Positions 56,655 through 64,000 of a stretch of DNA of 64,000 nucleotides are shown here, piece by piece (position 1 is the stretch's first letter; every line of letters starts with the position of its first letter). Location: NCBI GenBank assembly GCA_937625935.1, contig OW569372.1, forward strand, positions 414,754 to 478,753, given 5' to 3'. The translations under genes and the position numbers were made by a program. This DNA comes from Tetramitus jugosus. Taxonomy: Eukaryota; Protista; Heterolobosea. A model generated the notes under the pieces. It was not told the origin of the DNA, searched no databases, and saw only the letters and a program-made list of their open reading frames with translations.

Positions 56655-58553
56655 ATGGCAAAACACCCACTGGACGTCAAGTCCAGGACAGAATCCACAC
56701 CAAAAAGACACAAATCACAAGAGTTGTCTCCAATTTTCAGCCTGTCAAATGACGAGTGGAGCACTGTACTGTCTTTTCTCTTTGTTGGAGAATCATTAAT
56801 GTTAGCTTTGACGTGCAAGTCAATGCATGAGAATGTGGAGTCTATTGCAAAGAAATTCATGCCATTCGTGCCACAAGATCATTGGTCTATTGGAAGCGCC
56901 TTGAATGCACATTCTGAATTCGTTGTTCGTACCTCAGATGAAGCAGTAAACTTGTGTAGCATCTTAGACAGAAACAAGGACTACCAGATGCCGAAATATA
57001 TCACATTCTTGTCTCACTCTTACACAAACCAGATAACTCCAAGTGACATACTCAAGCTGATAGCGCATGAATCTGGTGAGATGCAACAAATGAAAGGCGT
57101 TAAGATCGATTGGACGGATGACTCGATCAAAGAGACAATGTTTGACGAAGATCCAGATTATGATCATGTGTTTGACCAGATAACCAAAAAGATAGCGGTG
57201 ACTAGAGGTTTTTTGATTAAGAATTTGACAATCCATAGTGAGTCGTGTGCGCGAATGGATATGTATGCAATTCTTTCGCATTGTTCAAATCTGGAGTCTC
57301 TTGACCTGTCTATTAGCGAGGAAGGGATACACTACTCTCAGAAAATGAAAGTGGGAGATGAGAAAGAGGAAGATGTGGTACAAAAAGACGGAGTGACTGT
57401 CCCAATTCTATCTCATCTAAAGAAACTCATTATCAACTCAGATACTGGTACGCAGTTCATGATAGATCTTTTGCAGTTAACACCAAACTTGGAGCTTCTG
57501 GAGTACGTGTATCGAAAGGAGCCGACCGATGACTTCTTCGAATTTTTGGCTTCTAAGTGTCCTCATCTGAAAGAACTGGTAGTGCAGGGATGTGATGACT
57601 CAACTCCAATGGAGAGTTTATTTACAGATAAGGGATTGCTACAGTTTTTAGATAATGAACCTTCATTGACCAGATTGATTCTCCACCATTGCTGCAACAT
57701 CAGTGGTGAACTATTTACAAAGATTGGAAAGTATTCTCAACTGAAAGTACTTCACATTGAAAGAACCGCAATGAATGGAGATCTTTTCGATCAGTATGAT
57801 AATGTACACTTTGGTGGTGGAGTTCTATCATCATTGGAGATTCTGGTTCTTGATGGAAGATTCGAACATCTTCCCGAAAACTTTGTGGATAGTATCGTTC
57901 AGATTGCTCCAAATCTGAAACAATTTACTTGCCAAATACAGCACCTTGACTTCTCAAACATCTATGAAAAATGCTCTAAATTGACTCATATCGACTTAAG
58001 AGATGAAAAAAATATGAGTAGGGCCTTGGAAACACTACTTCCTAATAGCAATATCAGGACTCTGAACATTGCCAGTTCTGATAACCATCTCACAATAGAA
58101 CATTTAAAACGATGCAACTGGTCTCATATGCAAGAGTTGAGCTTAAGTTGCAAGTTACCACATGAACCGGTTGCATGGCTACAAGCTCTTGTAAGAGCAT
58201 GTCCTAACTTAGCAGTCTTCAAGTTGGAAGATAGTGTAATCGATATAGAGCAGAGGAAACTTTTCGGTGGAGCATTATTGGAAGTGCTCTCTGATGCAAT
58301 GTTGTGGCCCAACCTTAAATTACTGATGACTGGAGGTCTCAATGATGAACATGTTAATTATCATGGCAGGAAACAGGGTGAAGATATCAGTGGAATCACA
58401 CAAGAGCAAGTCCTTGCTCTACGACCTTTCCTTGCCACAGAAGAAGAACCATCTTTCTGGAGCAAAATGAACAAAACTCGTCCTCCAGCCACTGATTCTG
58501 AACAATGCTTCATTAGGGACTGGGTTTATATTGACCCCATTCGAAAGAAGTAA
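56655..58553 (+). CDS. F-box/leucine-rich-repeat (FBXL-like) protein; last intact gene before the telomere
   Basis: FSLSNDEWSTVLSFL...LALTCKSM F-box; CSNLESLDL, CPHLKEL, CPNLAVFKL LRRs. Confidence 0.85.
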   Translation: MAKHPLDVKSRTESTPKRHKSQELSPIFSLSNDEWSTVLSFLFVGESLMLALTCKSMHENVESIAKKFMPFVPQDHWSIGSALNAHSEFVVRTSDEAVNLCSILDRNKDYQMPKYITFLSHSYTNQITPSDILKLIAHESGEMQQMKGVKIDWTDDSIKETMFDEDPDYDHVFDQITKKIAVTRGFLIKNLTIHSESCARMDMYAILSHCSNLESLDLSISEEGIHYSQKMKVGDEKEEDVVQKDGVTVPILSHLKKLIINSDTGTQFMIDLLQLTPNLELLEYVYRKEPTDDFFEFLASKCPHLKELVVQGCDDSTPMESLFTDKGLLQFLDNEPSLTRLILHHCCNISGELFTKIGKYSQLKVLHIERTAMNGDLFDQYDNVHFGGGVLSSLEILVLDGRFEHLPENFVDSIVQIAPNLKQFTCQIQHLDFSNIYEKCSKLTHIDLRDEKNMSRALETLLPNSNIRTLNIASSDNHLTIEHLKRCNWSHMQELSLSCKLPHEPVAWLQALVRACPNLAVFKLEDSVIDIEQRKLFGGALLEVLSDAMLWPNLKLLMTGGLNDEHVNYHGRKQGEDISGITQEQVLALRPFLATEEEPSFWSKMNKTRPPATDSEQCFIRDWVYIDPIRKK

Positions 58554-58758
58554 AGGCTCATCGAAGGTAATAGTTATTGTTATAAAGCACAAAATAATGT
58601 TCGCTAGATTTCGTTACTGATCTCAACTTTGAAAATTTACTTGATAGAGTGGATGTTCGTATCAATGATCTGGGTAATCATTGGGAGTACACCTTTTCTT
58701 CATCCTCACCTTTTGGACAATCTGAATGCAACACATTCATTCGGCACTATCAACTCAC

Positions 58759-58990
58759 CATTGTGAAATGGAGTGGCAGTCAGAAGTACCATTCGACTGA
58801 AACAAAAGTGAGAGTTGATACCTATTCCATGTTCTAATCAGATACAGATGAGCTTCAAATCAAATCTACATCGTTGGATACGTTGGCGGGAGGATTTGAC
58901 TCAACATGAGAAATGAGTTTGCTGAGTGCTTCTTTTGGGTCCTCATTGTGAATGGAGTGGCAGTCAGAAATATGATACTATTCTATGTTC
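58759..58990 (+). repeat. Local imperfect direct duplication
   Basis: CATTGTGA(A)ATGGAGTGGCAGTCAGAA at 58759-58785 and 58944-58969, each followed by TGATAC(C)TATTCYATGTTC (58816-58834; 58973-58990). Confidence 0.8.
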
Positions 58991-60727
58991 AACCAATGAT
59001 TAGCGATAAAAAGAGAGCCATCCTGAAAAGAACTATGGTCGATGCAATTTATACACAATCACACCCGACATGGTTCTCATAGAAAGCATAGTAACATATA
59101 TCGAACTGATACTTCATGATCACAATCATCCATTGAGCGTATAGAAGTTTGATTGATTTCTTCCGCTACGTCTTCCATAAACCTTTTGCGATAAAAGAAG
59201 AATTTCATACAATAACACGTTTGTGAATACACGCGGCCACAAAGGCTTTGATATCTTCTCCAGCAGGTTTGTTGGGAATAAGCTAATTATAGTAATACCT
59301 ACCGGTAAATTTGGAGAAACTTACCAGGACTGAAGTAATGGCTAAGTTCAGCAAATCCAGATTACAACAGTGCACGGTTGGAATTGAACTCCCAAAATCG
59401 TTTAGTTGACATCCCAATTCGTCTCAGATAGGCGTTTCTTTAGATTTCTAAATTTTATACAGAGTGGAGTTTAATTGTCTTACATTCAGAGACATTGATA
59501 GATCCGCCAGGATTTTCTTGTCAATATCGATCCTCGAGAAAAGAACTCTTTCAAGATTCTGAGACATTGACATCCCTTGAAAGAAGTCCTCAGTCGGATT
59601 AGACGATTCAAATTACCCACCATCCTCAAACTTATCATAGGTCTCGTGAGTTTTGCGTTTTCCTTCTCGGTTAAGACAATTGGTGGAATCGCACTTACAA
59701 TTGGTTAAGCGTACTGCTTGCCTTTGGAACGAAAAGAAGCACATTTTTGGATGACTCCACAATCCTGAGTAGATGAAAGCTCGATTGATTGAACGGTGGA
59801 ATTTGGAAGGTTTTCACTGCATTCATTACAGGTAAAGTCGTCTGTTAATCATCGTTGAGGTAACTGTCATCCACGATGAAGTCCTCAAAAACTGCCAGTC
59901 TTCTTACTCGTTGTGAGCATAATTTTGAAAATAATTGAGTATTGTTGTTGACCATTTTTCGATGACCCTCCCTCGAAGTGAGCTACAACAACTAACAGGA
60001 GACAGTTCGAAAACTGAGGACAAGAATTTTATGAAATTGAAATAAAGGACAAGAAGAAATGCTTTTCGGACTGGGAGCATCCAGATATTATCAACATAAC
60101 GAAGAAATTTGAAAGCAATACGATTACATGTTATTCGAGACAAATACCAAGAGTGCATATACAATCATACATATCATTTAAAAATGCTCCCATATCTTGC
60201 ATGGAGTGAGTTACGCGGGTCAAAATCGATCTACAATGAAACTCCTTTACCCAGAAGTGACCACGGGCAACACGATGGTGGTCAGTTTCTCGCGACCTGG
60301 AGTTTATGGGCTTCCAATATCTATCGATTCCGTCATGTTTTTTGCTTGTTCTTGTTGTTAAATGTCTGCCAGAGTGAAGGAGCAGCGCTTACAACAAGCC
60401 CCAAAAAATCCCCCTGAAAACAAATGTTGACCTCACCCCCTCCCATCCTTTTTGGAATATTTTTCTGTAAATTCAGATTGTTAATTTCATCAATAGATCA
60501 ATGTCCTCCATTACACTATTGCCTCATGTATTCCAGGAGCTTCTCTCTCCATAAATAACATCCAAACCAAGTAACGCATTGCTCGAACGGGTTTCCGAAA
60601 AATAAAAAAAATTTAGGCTCCATTCTTTGCTTGCTGCTGAGCCCTATGCTATTTTTTTTAATTTAAGCTTTAATTTTTAAACAACACTCCCTCATTTTTA
60701 AAAACAAATTTAGTATTTCCTTTATAG

Positions 60728-61395
60728 ATACCTGGGCCCCACCCGTCCGTTAAAAATGGATTAATACCATTGGACACAGAAGAAAATGATTCCATCGATG
60801 GATCAACCATTGACGATGTGGATCGAGAATTATCCATGTATTTTGGAAACAAGAACCCTTGGAAACAATCCAAAATCACCGACAACCTGAAAAGGTTGGA
60901 TCAAGAAGTTAAGACTTGTGCAGAGGTGTTGAAGTGAACTTAAATTCCGATGAATCATTATCAGATCAACTGGTTCATATGATGGAATTGATACAATTAT
61001 CCCAAGCACCTGGAACTAAGATGGTTCAGAACTACTCATGGAGGAGTTGGATAGGTTGGTTGAAAGATCAGCAAGTCAAACATCCAGAATCGAGGATTGA
61101 TCCGTAAGTATGGCAATGTTAAATTCAAAGTATGTCCTCTACTCAATGCCGATTTATCAAAGTGGCAAAGACTACTGCTCAAGCATGACAACAGAGAACC
61201 ACACGTAAAGCTTCGAGCATTGATCTTGTATGGAAGACATCTTGGATGGAGAGGAGACACTATTTCATACATGAAACTGAAACATGTGACATTCAAGTCC
61301 ATTAAGTATAACAACGAACGAGTATTAGTTGTTCTGAATGTTGGATACAAAAACAAAGGAATTGGAGGTTCAGAATTGATGAATACGGTTCACAC
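60728..61395 (+). pseudogene. Tyrosine recombinase fragment (DIRS/Crypton/VIPER-like), frameshifted and C-terminally truncated
   Basis: N-terminal QAPGTKMVQNYSWRSWIGW (AxST..Y..W..F-type helix). Box I LRALILYGRHLGWRGDTISYMKLKHV with Arg at 61250. Catalytic-Lys-like GYKNK at about 61349. No HxxR or Tyr. Confidence 0.65.
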
Positions 61396-61631
61396 AATCA
61401 ATCGGAGTTTTTTCAGAAACTCCGCAGTGAATAAAAGAAGAATGGTTTCCAACATACAACAGGAACCAAAAGACAAGGAGTTTCAATACAAACTCTCCAA
61501 GCCTGGGTTTTCAAGACAAAGAGCATTCAACAGCACGGAAAGGAAAAAAAAACAACGTTGCGCGTAAGCAATGCTCTCAAGTCGAAGAAACAATTGCACC
61601 GCACAGCAGCAATGTTCCTCCAAGCTCAAGC

Positions 61632-62290
61632 ATCATTTTCAACCTTACATCAACGGCAATCAAGACCAAAGATGTTCAAGTGCTGAACAATGGCTTAAAG
61701 TTTATTCCAACCATGAAAGTTAATCCTTTCGTGATGCAAGAACTTGACTTCTCGTCATTTTTGCAATTAACAAAGAAACTTGAAGTCAGCAATGACGCCC
61801 TCCATTCATAGGCTCGCTCACTAATCCAAGCAGCATGGAGGACAAGACACAAAGCCGAAACTGTTCACAATCTGAACAGCATAGACAATGAAGCCCTCCT
61901 GAGGCTCGTCACAAATGAACAATGGATCATTTGTGACACGGACAAGAACTTGGGCACTGCTATTTGGCACAAAGATAGTTACATTGAAGAATGTAAAAAA
62001 CAACTTCAAAGCTCCGTGTACAGCATAGGAGACAATAAAAGAAACACGATCTCAACTATCAAGGTTCTCACGCACTGGTGCATTGACAATATCTCAAGCC
62101 TGCACCCCTCCATGGGTGTACACCTGCGTAAAACAAGCCAAATTGAGGAGATCAATGAACTATCTGTTGCCAAAAGTGCACAAAGACAAGCTCCAAGGTA
62201 GACCAATTGTAGCCAGCCACAGTTGGGTAAATACTGAAGCATCCAAATTGCTCAGCATTAGACTCAGACTAATGATCACTCAACTCCAAC
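61632..62290 (+). mobile_element. Penelope-like element reverse transcriptase, N-terminal fragment (stop at 61809, frameshift near 62158, truncated before the catalytic Asp motifs)
   Basis: IIFNLT...VQVLNNGLKFIPT; NLN..DNEALLRL..N...IICDTDKNLG..IW.KDSYIEEC.KQL; YLLPKVHK...GRPIVASHSW.NT..SK.L. These are the PLE N-terminal, DKG-equivalent, RT1 and RT2 motifs in order. Confidence 0.88.
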
Positions 62291-62785
62291 AGAGACGATG
62301 GAGCAAATGAGCGATTCACCAATGTCTTCGAAGGATATGTCGAATTTAATGAAGAATTACGGGTTGGAGGCACTCTCTCGCAATCTTTTCTGCTCCTTTC
62401 CAAAACACCACAGGAAATACAGAGTCGCGACTCTGAGAATCGAACTTCGATAAATCGATTGGTTTCAGAGCAATGATATTTTGACCTCATTTTTACGTCC
62501 GTCTCCTGAGAGTACCAACTCTATATGTTTGGGTGGCTCGGATACATCCTGCGAGTAACGGATTTGTACTTGCATGAGATGCATCAGTACTGAACGGATT
62601 GAGCATGTCCAACCGATATGAGGGTTTGGGTTGTGACATAAAGACAAACCAATATTGTATAGCCCAAACCCGTCGTTAGATGAAATAGGACGCATCGTGT
62701 TTGTCATGTTCTGAACCCTCAAACTAAGCTTATCAATAAAAAATATGTTGTTGTTGTTGAACTGTTCTGCAAAGTACATGTATCC

Positions 62786-63007
62786 AGTTGGGTTTCAAGT
62801 TGGGTTTCCAGTGGAGCTAAAAAGCTCCACCTAAAATTACTAAGGAACTTTTCTTGTGTGACTGAGCTTTTTTCTGGTGGAGCTTTTTGGCTCTGCCTAA
62901 TTTTGTTGGTGGAGCTTTGTTCTGGTAGGTAGAGTTTTTCTGGTGGAGCTTTTTGGCTCCACCTGTTCTTCTCAGGCCAATGGCCAGTGGAGCTTTTTGG
63001 CTCCAGC
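62786..63007. repeat. Subtelomeric array of palindromic GTGGAGC-N6-GCTCCAC motifs, preceded by two AGTTGGGTTTC telomere-like seeds
   Basis: Copies at 62811-62830, 62877-62896, 62909 (half site), 62943-62962 and 62987-63006. Confidence 0.85.
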
Positions 63008-63294
63008 AAAGAATTTCGACCAATGAGGAAAGTGATTGTAACGGATTAAGAAGGAATACAACACACCTACATGTATATGACAGTAGATTTGTGAAGGAGT
63101 TCAATGTGAAATACAATGGCAGGAGCACTCTGCCTAAGGAGTGAGACAACGAGTAAATAACTGTATGTTTCAAGATGTAGTAATATGAAGGAAGAAGGAA
63201 TACAATACAAGATTACAATGGTTGACATTGTATTCCTGCATAAAAATGGATTTCGAGATGGTTTTGTGGTTTTGATGAGAAAATGGATTTTACC

Positions 63295-64000
63295 TTGGGT
63301 TTGGGTTTGGGTTTGGGTTTGGGTTTGGGTTTGGGTTTGGGTTTGGGTTTGGGTTTGGGTTTGGGTTTGGGTTTGGGTTTGGGTTTGGGTTTGGGTTTGG
63401 GTTTGGGTTTGGGTTTGGGTTTGGGTTTGGGTTTGGGTTTGGGTTTGGGTTTGGGTTTGGGTTTGGGTTTGGGTTTGGGTTTGGGTTTGGGTTTGGGTTT
63501 GGGTTTGGGTTTGGGTTTGGGTTTGGGTTTGGGTTTGGGTTTGGGTTTGGGTTTGGGTTTGGGTTTGGGTTTGGGTTTGGGTTTGGGTTTGGGTTTGGGT
63601 TTGGGTTTGGGTTTGGGTTTGGGTTTGGGTTTGGGTTTGGGTTTGGGTTTGGGTTTGGGTTTGGGTTTGGGTTTGGGTTTGGGTTTGGGTTTGGGTTTGG
63701 GTTTGGGTTTGGGTTTGGGTTTGGGTTTGGGTTTGGGTTTGGGTTTGGGTTTGGGTTTGGGTTTGGGTTTGGGTTTGGGTTTGGGTTTGGGTTTGGGTTT
63801 GGGTTTGGGTTTGGGTTTGGGTTTGGGTTTGGGTTTGGGTTTGGGTTTGGGTTTGGGTTTGGGTTTGGGTTTGGGTTTGGGTTTGGGTTTGGGTTTGGGT
63901 TTGGGTTTGGGTTTGGGTTTGGGTTTGGGTTTGGGTTTGGGTTTGGGTTTGGGTATTGGGTTTGGGTTTGGGTTTGGTGTTTGGGTTTGGGTTTGGGTAG
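63295..64000 (+). repeat. Telomere, (TTTGGG)n, about 117 units, G-rich strand running toward the end
   Basis: Near-perfect hexamer array reaching the end of the window, with a few variants in the last 50 bp. Confidence 0.97.

Noticed and set aside
62786-63007. Palindromic repeats with variable spacers resembling a CRISPR array
   Set aside because: Eukaryotic context, irregular spacing, linkers partly made of the same motif, mixed orientation and no cas genes
60400-63290. Hammerhead ribozyme expected beside a Penelope-like element
   Set aside because: No convincing CTGANGA...GAAA core with flanking stems was found by eye. CTGAGAG near 62507 and the imperfect inverted repeat at ~62431-62470 do not fit. 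An Infernal search is needed
63185-64000. 271-aa ORF of WV dipeptide repeats
   Set aside because: It is a translation of the telomeric hexamer, not a gene

Overview
The last 64 kb of a eukaryotic (protist) chromosome arm, ending in about 700 bp of (TTTGGG)n telomere. It uses the standard genetic code, is very gene-dense, and has few short GT-AG introns (GTATG/GTAAG/GTTAG donors, CTAAC/TTAAC-like branch points). Together with N/Q-rich low-complexity proteins and several F-box/LRR genes, this suggests a heterolobosean-like amoeba (inference only). Recognisable genes: TRIM37-like E3 ligase, a Dicer-like RNase III protein with a dead second nuclease domain, ERD2, PEX22, LSG1, 2OG-Fe(II) oxygenase, ADP-ribosylglycohydrolase, profilin, Ap4A phosphorylase, a bacterial-type PQQ-like propeller surface protein, S9 peptidase, Myb, SETD6-like methyltransferase, an IPT/TIG factor, a NEK-like kinase and a degenerate PARP6/8-like protein. 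Two accessory regions stand out. (1) 29.7-32.2 kb is a head-to-tail stack of about five short non-LTR (zf-RVT) retroelement remnants, with a poly(A) end, a 15-bp flanking duplication and a covarying 3' hairpin. (2) 60.7-63.3 kb is a decayed subtelomeric cassette in which a tyrosine-recombinase fragment directly precedes a Penelope-like (DKNLG-type) reverse transcriptase fragment. It is followed by inverted telomere seeds and an array of palindromic 7-6-7 sites just inside the telomere. Family assignments come from motif recognition by eye; no database search was run.
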